Assembly (NCBI GenBank): GCA_965116875.1
Contig: OZ220733.1
Span: forward strand, 1,536,001-1,600,000
Length of the DNA stretch: 64,000 nucleotides
Origin: Candidatus Latescibacterota bacterium
GTDB taxonomy: Bacteria > Latescibacterota > UBA2968 > GCA-2709665
Reading direction: 5' to 3'
A program made the position numbers and the translations under genes. Of this stretch, positions 52,111-62,557 are shown in pieces. Below the pieces are notes generated by a model. The model was not told the DNA's origin, ran no database searches, and worked only from the letters and a program-made list of their open reading frames with translations. Every line of letters starts with the position of its first letter. Position 1 is the stretch's first letter.

Positions 52111-52328
52111 GAAAACCTCCAAAATCGGTGAGACGGAAGACGGGAGAGGGTAGAAATTACCTGCCTTGAGAGGATTCTTCTCGTGCCGGAGGCCAGGAGG
52201 AATAACATACCCGGCGAGATTTCTTCTACCGTCTGCCTTCTCCCGTCTCCCCGCATTTATTCTACCGTCTCACCTCTACCGTCTCCCCGAATTTCTTCTA
52301 CCGTCTCACTTCTCCCGTTTCCCCGCAT

Positions 52329-52886
52329 TTACGAATTAAACCGATTCATCGCCGCGTCTATCCCGTATTCCATCCAGCATTCCACGCCTGCGGCGGCTTC
52401 GCGGACCGCCGCGTCCACCACGTCGGATTCATCGTTTTCGAACCGGCTGAGGACGTGTTCGATCCGGTCGACGCCTTCGGGCGGCGCACCGACACCCACT
52501 CGCAGCCTGGGAAAGGCCCCGGACCCGACGCAGTCGATGATCGACCCCAGGCCGTTGTGACCCCCGTCACTGCCCCCTCGACGCAACCGGATCCTGCCCG
52601 GATCCAGGTGAACGTCGTCCACCACCACCAGGACGTCTCCGAGTTCCACGTCGAACCGGTCCCGGACGTCCGCAACCGCAACGCCGCTGCGATTCATGAA
52701 GGTAACGGGCTTGACCAGCAGCAACGCGCCGGTACGCTTCTCGATCCGGCAAAAAAAATACCAGGCGCTTTCCGACCAGGTCCCCTTCAGCCTCTCCGCC
52801 AGCCGATCCACCACCCGATAGCCCAGATTGTGGCGGGTATGAGCGTATTCGGAACCCGGGTTGCCCAGACCCACGACAACCTTCAC
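52329..52886 (-). CDS. pth: Peptidyl-tRNA hydrolase
   Basis: VVGLGNPG.EY..TRHNLG, KPVTFMNRSG, VVDD, GGHNGL.SI, RLRVGVG. Confidence 0.96.
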   Translation of the reverse strand: MKVVVGLGNPGSEYAHTRHNLGYRVVDRLAERLKGTWSESAWYFFCRIEKRTGALLLVKPVTFMNRSGVAVADVRDRFDVELGDVLVVVDDVHLDPGRIRLRRGGSDGGHNGLGSIIDCVGSGAFPRLRVGVGAPPEGVDRIEHVLSRFENDESDVVDAAVREAAAGVECWMEYGIDAAMNRFNS

Positions 52887-53042
52887 GGAAGACCTCCAAA
52901 GGCGGTGAGACGGGAGAGATTTCCTGCCTTGTGAGGTTACTTATCGTGCCGGAGGCAAGAAAGAATAAAACATCGGGCAAGGACATCCTCTACCGTCTAC
53001 CCTCTTCCGTCTCCCCACATTTATTCTGCCCTCTCTCCGCAA

Positions 53043-53726
53043 CTATTCTTCCTCTTCCTCCTCGTCCCGTTTGCCGCGTTCGATGACCTCGGGCTCCTGC
53101 ATCTCTTCCTCTTCCTCGAGTTCCTCTTCCTCTTCTTCTTCAACCTGCGATACGGACGGCGGCACCACCACGAACAGGGACCGGTCGCCCTCGGTGACGA
53201 TCTCCACGTTGCCCGTTACATTCAGATCGGAAACGTGTACCGAGTCTCCGATATCCATATCCGTAACGTCGAAGCTGATGCTCTCGGGGATCTCGGCAGG
53301 CAGACACGACACCTCCACGTGGTGAAGCAACTGTTCCAGGATCCCGCTCTCCGAGCGGACGCCGGCAGGTATGCCCTCGGATTCAACGCGAACTTCCACG
53401 ACGATGGTCCGGGTGAGCGAAATCCGGTAGAAATCGGCGTGGAGGAGATGCCCGCCGACGGGGTGGTGCTGGAGGTCCTTGACGATGGCGGTGGCCTCGG
53501 ACCGCCCTTCCCCGTTGTCCACGACCAGGGACAGAAGCGTATTCCGACCGTGCTCGTGCAGGACCGTTGCCAACTCCTTCGCGTCGACCGTACAGGCGAC
53601 GGACGCGCTCCGGTCGCCGTAGACGACCGCCGGAATCCTCCCGGTTCGCCGGATGCGCTTGGCCTCGCCCTTGCCGGTTCCGGCGCGAACTTCAGCCTGT
53701 AGACTTACGCCGTTATTGTCTGCCAT
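53043..53726 (-). CDS. rplY: 50S ribosomal protein L25/Ctc
   Basis: R..TGKGEAKRIRRTGRIPAVVYG, LQHHPV, HADF, acidic tail EPEVIERGK. Confidence 0.95.
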   Translation of the reverse strand: MADNNGVSLQAEVRAGTGKGEAKRIRRTGRIPAVVYGDRSASVACTVDAKELATVLHEHGRNTLLSLVVDNGEGRSEATAIVKDLQHHPVGGHLLHADFYRISLTRTIVVEVRVESEGIPAGVRSESGILEQLLHHVEVSCLPAEIPESISFDVTDMDIGDSVHVSDLNVTGNVEIVTEGDRSLFVVVPPSVSQVEEEEEEELEEEEEMQEPEVIERGKRDEEEEEE

Positions 53727-53763
53727 TGATGGGACCTCCACGATAAGCTGTTCTGTTTTTTTA

Positions 53764-53834
53764 CTGCCGGGCAGGGATTCGAACCCCGATAAACGGCTCC
53801 AAAGGCCGCTGTCTTACCCTTAGACGACCCGGCA
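53764..53834 (-). tRNA. tRNA-Gln (anticodon TTG), CCA not encoded
   Basis: TGCCGGG acceptor stem pairs with CCCGGCA; anticodon arm GCGGC-CTTTGGA-GCCGT; T-loop GGTTCGAATCC. Confidence 0.95.
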
Positions 53835-53998
53835 TCACCAAACGGTGAGACGTAAGACGTGAGACGTTAGAGATTTCCTGCCCTGTGAGGTTTCCTCTCG
53901 TGCCGGAGGCAAGAAGGATTAGAATATAGGGCAAGGGCTTCTTCTCCCGTCTACCCTCTACCCTCTCCCCTCTCCCCGCCTTTACGAATTGTATCTAT

Positions 53999-54868
53999 TC
54001 ATCGACGCGGCCGATAGCGACACAGATAGACCCGACGCCCACGGCCCTGTACACGGACTACCGCGGCCGAGGCTTGCCGGGCCTCACGAAAAACCCCGAA
54101 GAGCGTGGACCCGCTGCCCGATACCGAGCAGGCGACCGCGCCTCCGTCGGCCAGTGTCGCAAGGATTCGCGTCACGCCCTTGCCGGCGGCTTCCACGACG
54201 GGAAGAAAGTCGTTCTCCAGACAGGCGAACAATCGGTCCGCACAGATCCCGCCTGATTTTTCCGCAAAGTCCAGAAATGTACCACACGCCTCTAATTCTG
54301 TCAAGCCAATTCTCACGTTTTGATAGGCCCGGGCGGTGGATACGGGAAACCCGGGATACACCAGCACGTACCAGAATTCGTCCTCCCAATCCACCGGCCG
54401 GATCCGCTCTCCACGCCCGGTCGCGACGGCCGTGCCGCCCGTCAGGAAGAAGGGGACGTCGGACCCGAGTTCCGCCGCGAGGCCGGACAGACGTTCCGGA
54501 CCCAGGCGCAGTCCCCAGAGCCGGTCCAGCCCCCGCAGGGTCGCGGCCGCGTTGGAACTCCCGCCGCCGAGGCCCGCGCCGGCCGGAATGCGTTTGTCCA
54601 GGTCCACGCGCACGCCCCGTTTGTCGCCCGTTTCTCGGCGGAGGACCTCCACGGCACGGAAGACGAGATTCTCCGGCCCGGCGGGGACGTCCGGATGATT
54701 GCACCGGACCCGCGTCTCGCCGGTCGCGGCGGACGTGAACGACAGCCGGTCGCACAGGTCCACCGTCTGCAGAACGGAAACGATATCGTGATAGCCGTCC
54801 CGCCTGCGGCGAAGGATCTTCAGGCCCAGGTTCAACTTTGCGGGCGCGATTTCGATGAGGGGATGCAA
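53999..54868 (-). CDS. ispE: 4-diphosphocytidyl-2-C-methyl-D-erythritol kinase
   Basis: APAKLNLGL, DGYHDI, KRIPAGAGLGGGSSNAA, LGSDVPFF, GRGE, SGSGST; TTG start. Confidence 0.95.
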   Translation of the reverse strand: MHPLIEIAPAKLNLGLKILRRRRDGYHDIVSVLQTVDLCDRLSFTSAATGETRVRCNHPDVPAGPENLVFRAVEVLRRETGDKRGVRVDLDKRIPAGAGLGGGSSNAAATLRGLDRLWGLRLGPERLSGLAAELGSDVPFFLTGGTAVATGRGERIRPVDWEDEFWYVLVYPGFPVSTARAYQNVRIGLTELEACGTFLDFAEKSGGICADRLFACLENDFLPVVEAAGKGVTRILATLADGGAVACSVSGSGSTLFGVFREARQASAAVVRVQGRGRRVYLCRYRPRR

Positions 54869-54902
54869 ATCAACATACCTCGAAAATCGGCCTCACACGG
54901 AG

Positions 54903-55737
54903 GCACGAAGGCACAAAGGGCACAAAGGGCACAAAGGGCACAAAGGGCACAAAGAAAGGCAGACAGCAAAAACGAATGGCAAGATCAAGAGCTACCACTC
55001 CTCCCGGCCCCGCCGACCTCTCGGAACAAGCAGTCAGCTCTCAGCCATCAGCTAAAAACAAAGAGCGAAAACCAAAGCCAGGATCAAAAACGAAAGGCAA
55101 GATCAAAAGCCCTTCCCAGCCCCGCCGACCTCTCTCCCCGGCCCTCTCTCCCACCGGGAGAGAGGGTGAGAGACCACGACATGATCTACCAATATCCGGA
55201 GCGAGGGCATCCCTGCCCTCGTACTTCGAGCAACCGACGAGTTTGAATAACAAGCGCCCTATTGCTTCCCTTCCTTCCGAAACCAGGTCTGAAATAACGA
55301 CGCCGGGACCTCGCGAATCAGCCACCGAGGGCAGGATGCCCTCGCTCCCTGGGGGATTTCCCCCCAACCTGCAGAAGCGGGGAGACGGAAATGGGAGACG
55401 ACAGCGCCGACGGTATTCCGATCTCCTCGCCAATCCATTTCCATTAGAATCTTTCGAGAGTCCTGTTGCAGACGTGACAGATATCAAATTTACCGCAGCC
55501 TTTTCCTTCTTCCTTCTTCCTTCTTCCTTCTTCCTTCTTCCTTCCGGTACGGGGTAGGTCCGGGAAATGCGGGGACGACGGCGGCGCCGGTTTTCCGCTC
55601 TCCTCGGCAATCCATTTCCATTCGAATCTTTCGAGAGTCCTGTTGCAGACGTGACAGAAGTCAAAGTTACCGCCGCCTTTTCCTTTTTCCTTTTTCCTTT
55701 TTCCTTTTTTTTTCTTCCTTCTTCCTTCTTCCTTGTA
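54903..55737. repeat. Mosaic repeat tract upstream of ispE
   Basis: GGCACAAAG x5 (54910-54954), GCTCTCA/GCCATCA module, GACCT (55127)...AGGTC (55560), inverted family-E pair (55198-55221, 55326-55348), two family-D modules (55405-55496, 55584-55672) with TTCCTTC heptamers. Confidence 0.8.
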
Positions 55738-55749
55738 GGTCGGGCGTTC

Positions 55750-55777
55750 ATGATAACCCCCCGCGTGGTTCTGTCAA
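55750..55777 (-). promoter_or_regulatory. Candidate sigma70 promoter for the ispE operon
   Basis: TTGACA (55777-55772), 16 bp, TATCAT (55755-55750) on - strand. Confidence 0.5.
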
Positions 55778-55912
55778 ACCGCAAACGGCCGCGTCCGGCC
55801 GATGGGTCTGCCAAACTTGCAGTCCACGTGAACCGGGAGGTCCTCACCCATGGAGGCCGGTCCGAGCATGCTCCGCATCGCGCCCGCGCGCCGACGGAGT
55901 CGAAGTCAGGGG

Positions 55913-55941
55913 TTGACCCGCGCGCGCAAATCCGGTAAATT
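55913..55941 (+). promoter_or_regulatory. Candidate sigma70 promoter for the TPR gene
   Basis: TTGACC, 17 bp, TAAATT, about 50 bp before ATG 55991. Confidence 0.5.
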
Positions 55942-55990
55942 GAGACCGTTGGATTCATGACGCCGTGAACACGCATAACCTCCATAAAAT

Positions 55991-58900
55991 ATGTATATTT
56001 CACGCATTTTCAACGCACCCGCGTCAGCGTCGCGGTTCCTTCCGGTTGCGGTCATCGGTCTCTGTGTCCTGTTCGCCGGGTCCGCTCCCGTTCGGGGACA
56101 GGCCGCCGAGGGCGAGGACGAGAGTTTCGAGCTTGCGCAACGGCTCTTCGACAACCGGGACTATGCCAATGCGGCGCAGGAGTTCCGGCGCTTCATCGCC
56201 GGGTACCCCGCAAGCGCGCGGCTTCACTCGGCGCTCTATCAACGGGGAGAAGCCCATTTTCTGGGCGAGCAGTACAGAGAAGCCGTCGAAGCGTACGGCG
56301 ATTTTCTCGTCCGCTATCCCGGGCGGCTCGAAGCGGCCCCTGTCATGCGGCGGAAGGCGCAGGCATTCGAGTATCTTTCCGAATTCGCAATGGCGGGCGC
56401 CGCCTTCCAGGAAGCGTACGACCGGTTCCCCGCGGCGAAGCATGCCGCCGGAAACCTGCTCGCGGCAGGGATGAATTTCGGCAGGGCAAAGGACCCGGAC
56501 GCCGCAGGGAAGGCGTTCGGCGCGCTCGCGGAGAATTTCCCGCAGTCCAAACTCGCCGCGGAGGCCAACTACAACTGGGGGCTCGTCCTCCTGGATGCCG
56601 GTCGCCCCGATGAAGCGCTGGACCGGTTCCGGACAATCACAGCGCCGGGCCCGGACTCCAAATGGACCCCGGACGCCCTGCTGGAAACCGGCAGGATCGC
56701 GCTGGGCATGAAGGACGAGAAAGAGGCGGAAGCGGCCTTCGGCAGGCTGCGCAGGGCCTATCCGCGCAGTTCCGCGGCGGGCGCATCCTACCTGGCGGAG
56801 GGCGCCTGGTACGAAGGCAGGGGTGACTGGTCCCGGGCAGCCGAGATCTACGGGCTGGCCAGGGGCAGCCTTCCGCAAAGCGAAAGCAGGCAGCAGGCGG
56901 TACTGGGCCTTGCCAACGCGTGGCGCGAACTGGGACGCACGGCCGAGGCGCTCGCGCTATTCACGGAGTTTATCAACGTCTATGCCGAAAGTCCCCACCT
57001 GGACCGCGCATGGCTGGGCCTGGGGCGCGCCCACGCCGGTCTGCAACAGCACCGGGAGGCGCAGAACGCGTTCCGCCGGCTCCGGGAACTCTATCCGGAA
57101 ACCGATGCCGGCATTCAGGCGTACGCCGAGATGGGCGACGTCTGGCGCGCGGCGGGCGCCCCGCGCAGGGCATTGAGGGCCTACCGGGCATATATTGAAA
57201 AAACGGAAGCACCGGGCGCCGGAGCATCGGCCCGGCTGCGGATTGGGCGCACGTACGAACAGGACCTGGGCTGGCACGACCTCGCACTGGAAACCTACCG
57301 TGATCTGGCGGATACGGCCCCGGCTTCCGTTGCCGGCGAGGCGCAGTTCGGCATCGCCCGTATCCTGGATCGAACCGGACAGGCGGACCCGGCCATTCGC
57401 GAATACCGTATCTACCTGCAGAGATACCACAGGCGCGCCGCGGAGGCCCAGGACCGCATCCGGTACCTGCGGGAATTCGGACGCGAAGCCACCGGCATAC
57501 CGGCAGCCGAACTCGCCGCACTGCTCTCGAATCTCCCGGTAATCGCCTCCGATCCGTACGCCCAGTTCGTCCTGGGCCGGTTCCTTCACGGCCGCCGGCA
57601 ATATACGGAGGCCGCAGAACAGCTTGCCGCGGCGCTTTCAACGGACGACCCGCAGCCGTTCGCTGCCGAGGCGACCTGGCTTCTTGGCGAGAGCGCCCTG
57701 AAAGTGGCGCGGAAATCGGGGCTGCAGGGCCGGCGCGACGTGGAATCCTTTTGGCACGACAAGGGTCTGGCGGCGCTCATGGAGGTCGAGGCAGGACATC
57801 CCGAAAGCGAGTACGCGGACTACGCCGCCCTGTTGCGCATCGAAACGGAAACCCGTCATGCGGAGGCCCCGGATTCGGCGCGGGCACGGCGGCTACTCGC
57901 AGTATACGGCAAATTCAAAGAGGACTATCCCGAATCCGGCCTTCTCGACCGGGCGCTGCTGGCCATGGCCGACGCGATGCGAACACTGGGCGGGTTCGAG
58001 CCCGCATGGATCGACACGGCCCTGACGACCTACCGCGGCATCCGGAACGCCTATCCGCAAAGCCCTGCCGCGGAACGGGCAACCTACGGCATCGGCCTCT
58101 GCCAGGCCCGGAAGAAAGACTACGTGCCGGCCGAGGAAACACTGCGCGATTTCCTCTTCGAGTATCCGGAAAGCGACCTGGAAAGCCACGCCAGGTACCA
58201 GCTTGGCCGTATCCTCCTGGAGCGGGGCTTCCCGCACAGCGCGGCGGACGACCTGACCGAGCTTCTCGCGGGGCCGGCGCCGGCCGGACTGGCGCGGTCC
58301 GCGCGGGACCTGCTGGCCGAGAGTTACTTCAGGGCCGGGGACTACCGGCGCGCCATCCACGTCGACGTGGAACTTCTGTCGGCCGGGACGGACGGATCCG
58401 TTCTCAGGCGGCTGGCGAAGTCCTACGAGGCGAACGGGCAGGCGGCAGAAGCCATTGAAACCTGCAAGGCCCTGCTCGGCGCTTTTCCGAATGCCGCATA
58501 CGCCGACAGCTTCGCGTATGCCAGGGCGAGGCTTCTGGCGCAACTCGAGCGGAATTCCGAGGCCGTCAAGGCGTTCAAGGCGTTCCCGAAACAGTACCCC
58601 GAAAGCCCGCTCATAGCCGAAGCGGGCAAGACACTGGCCGGCCTCCTGTTTGAGACCGAGGACTACCAGGGTGCGCTATCGGCCCTCGCACAGGTGCCGG
58701 CGGACGCGCGGGACGAGTCGGTTGCCGGGCGTGAAATCCTCAGCCTGTACCGGCTCAGGCGCGCGCAGGAGGCGAAAAAGGCGTCGGGCGGATTCAAGAA
58801 ATCCTATCCGAACAGCCGTGACTGGCTCGCCCGATTCCAGATCGAAGAGGGCAGATATTATCTGAGGGCCGGGAATTTCAAGAAGGCCCGCAAGATTTTC

Positions 58901-59686
58901 GAGGACGTTGTCAGGAACCATCCCGACGGAGAGGCCGCCGCCGAGGGTGCGTGGTATCACGTGAGGACTCTGAAACGGGAGGGTCAGAAGGATGCCTATC
59001 GGGAAGCGCTCGCCGCCTTCGTAAAGGCCCGTTCAGGCAGCCGCCACTGGCCCGCCGCCGCCCTCGAGTTGGCCGATATCCTGTACGACTCCGGCGATTA
59101 CGAACGGGCGTCCAGGGCGTACCGGAACGTGCTCGAGGCCGGCCCCTCTCCGGAAGAAACGCCGAACGTGCTGTCCAGGCTGATGAAGGTGCACAGGCGT
59201 CTGAAGCTGCTCGATACGGCCATCGCCTACGCCAACCGGCTCGTCCAGGAGTTTCCCGGGCACCCGCTTGCTTCGGACGTCCTGATCGACATTGGCACCA
59301 TGCTTCTCGACAACAAACAGTACCGGCTGGCGATCGCCAGGTTGACCCCATTGCTCAGAACCGCGGAGGGAAATGACTGGTCGGGCATTCAGTACACGAT
59401 CGCGCAGAGCCACTTCGCTCTGGGAGACTACGACAGCGCGATCCGGGAATATCTGAAGCTCCAGTATCAGTACCAGGGCGAGCCGCGGTGGCGCGCGAAC
59501 GCGAATTACGGACTGGCCGACTGTTACGAAGCCAAGGGGAATTTTGAGGAAGCGATCCGGGAGCTGAAGGCCATCCAGCGCCGGGAGGGGGCCGCCAGCG
59601 ACCTGGGTCTGCAGGCCGGGAAACGCATCGAACTGTTGAAGGTGTTGTTGGACGGCAGCCGGGAATCGGATACGCCCGCGCAATAG
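55991..59686 (+). CDS. Large exported tetratricopeptide-repeat protein (BamD/CpoB-like repeats)
   Basis: Signal-like N-terminus; many helical repeats of type A...F..F...YP.S....A.Y..G. Confidence 0.85.
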   Translation: MYISRIFNAPASASRFLPVAVIGLCVLFAGSAPVRGQAAEGEDESFELAQRLFDNRDYANAAQEFRRFIAGYPASARLHSALYQRGEAHFLGEQYREAVEAYGDFLVRYPGRLEAAPVMRRKAQAFEYLSEFAMAGAAFQEAYDRFPAAKHAAGNLLAAGMNFGRAKDPDAAGKAFGALAENFPQSKLAAEANYNWGLVLLDAGRPDEALDRFRTITAPGPDSKWTPDALLETGRIALGMKDEKEAEAAFGRLRRAYPRSSAAGASYLAEGAWYEGRGDWSRAAEIYGLARGSLPQSESRQQAVLGLANAWRELGRTAEALALFTEFINVYAESPHLDRAWLGLGRAHAGLQQHREAQNAFRRLRELYPETDAGIQAYAEMGDVWRAAGAPRRALRAYRAYIEKTEAPGAGASARLRIGRTYEQDLGWHDLALETYRDLADTAPASVAGEAQFGIARILDRTGQADPAIREYRIYLQRYHRRAAEAQDRIRYLREFGREATGIPAAELAALLSNLPVIASDPYAQFVLGRFLHGRRQYTEAAEQLAAALSTDDPQPFAAEATWLLGESALKVARKSGLQGRRDVESFWHDKGLAALMEVEAGHPESEYADYAALLRIETETRHAEAPDSARARRLLAVYGKFKEDYPESGLLDRALLAMADAMRTLGGFEPAWIDTALTTYRGIRNAYPQSPAAERATYGIGLCQARKKDYVPAEETLRDFLFEYPESDLESHARYQLGRILLERGFPHSAADDLTELLAGPAPAGLARSARDLLAESYFRAGDYRRAIHVDVELLSAGTDGSVLRRLAKSYEANGQAAEAIETCKALLGAFPNAAYADSFAYARARLLAQLERNSEAVKAFKAFPKQYPESPLIAEAGKTLAGLLFETEDYQGALSALAQVPADARDESVAGREILSLYRLRRAQEAKKASGGFKKSYPNSRDWLARFQIEEGRYYLRAGNFKKARKIFEDVVRNHPDGEAAAEGAWYHVRTLKREGQKDAYREALAAFVKARSGSRHWPAAALELADILYDSGDYERASRAYRNVLEAGPSPEETPNVLSRLMKVHRRLKLLDTAIAYANRLVQEFPGHPLASDVLIDIGTMLLDNKQYRLAIARLTPLLRTAEGNDWSGIQYTIAQSHFALGDYDSAIREYLKLQYQYQGEPRWRANANYGLADCYEAKGNFEEAIRELKAIQRREGAASDLGLQAGKRIELLKVLLDGSRESDTPAQ

Positions 59687-59870
59687 ACTTTTGTACGAAA
59701 CCACTGCTGTCCAGGAACAAAGTGACTTTTCCAGCGCCCATACTTGAGCTCGTTCGGTCCCATTGAGCCCGATGCCTTTCCCAGGAGCGAGAGCATCCTG
59801 CCCTCGCTCCGGATACCGGTGGAAGGCCGGACCATTCGGAAAACAAACCCGATTTACCCAACTGAACGCC

Positions 59871-61418
<1,548 letters not shown>

Positions 61419-61423
61419 AAAGG

Positions 61424-62450
61424 CAGCTATCAGCTATCAGCCGTCAGCTAAAGACAAAGATCAAAAGCAACCCCCTCCGCCCAGCCACGCCGACCTCTCT
61501 CCCCGGCCCTCTCTCCTAAAGGAAAGAGGGGGAATAACAAAGATTACGCGACATGATCCACCCATGTTCGGAGCGAGGGCATCCTGCCCTCGGATAGCAG
61601 GTAATCCATCGACTCTCGCATCAAGTGCCCATTGCTTCTCTTCCATCCGAAATCACATCTCAATTAACGGCGCCAAGGCATCGCGAAGCGGCCTTCGAGG
61701 GCAGGATGCCCTCGCTCCAGGCGAACCTTCCCCCCGGCCCTCTCACAAGAATGCTATCAGCTATCAGCTCTCAGCCGACAGCTAAAAACAAAAGCAGCCA
61801 AAAGCGAAAGGCGAAGTCAAGAGCGACCCCTCCCTCCGCAGACCTCTCTCCCCGGCCCTCTCTCCTAAAGGAAAGAGGGGGAATAACAAAGATTACGCGA
61901 CATGAATCACCCATGTTCGGAGCGAGGGCATCCTGCCCTCGGATAGCAGGTAATCCATCGACTCTCGCATCAAGTGCCCATTGCTTCTCTTCCATCCGAA
62001 ATCACATCTCAATTAACGGCGCCAAGGCATCGCGAAGCGGCCTTCGAGGGCAGGATGCCCTCGCTCCAGGGGAACCTTCCCCCAGACCTCTCGGAGAAAG
62101 CTGTCAGCTCTCAGCCGTCAGCAGTCAGCTAAAGGCAAAGAGCGAAAAACCAAAGCCAGGATCAAAAACGAAAGGCAAGATCAAAGGCCCTTCCCTGCCC
62201 CGCAGACCTCTCTCCCCGGCCCTCTCTCCTAAAGGAAAGAGGGGGAAAGGCCAGGTTTCGCGTGCCGGTCATTGATAGACACTCCGATTCACAAGGAAAC
62301 GCCGCCGGTTTTCCGTTCTCCTCAGCAATCCGCTTCCATTCCATTGTTGCGAGAGTCCGATTGCAGAGGTGACAGACGTCAAAGTTACCGCTTCTTCTTC
62401 CTTTTTCCTTCTTCCTTTTTCCTTCTTCCTTTTCTCTCCCGTCTCCCCGT
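61424..62450. repeat. Tandem ~350-bp mosaic repeats
   Basis: GACCTCTCTCCCCGGCCCTC starts at 61492, 61841, 62205; the first two units are near-identical, each with an inverted family-E pair; family-D module at 62299-62391. Confidence 0.85.
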
Positions 62451-62557
62451 TTTTTCGGAACCTTTGCCCCTGCTTCAAGGTCTAAACACCCGTAAACCCG
62501 GGTGTCATCATCGAAACGTCGAGGCAATCAGGAACCAACGGAAAGGGGCACTTTCAG

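Noticed and set aside
53043-53145. Poly-Glu tails of L25 and S6 as novel features
   Set aside because: Acidic C-terminal tails are common in these ribosomal proteins
55041-56003. 320-aa minus-strand ORF and similar KKEEGRRKK / LSAIS / ADLSPRPSLLKERG ORFs
   Set aside because: These are translations of heptamer and hairpin repeats that recur in many intergenic regions
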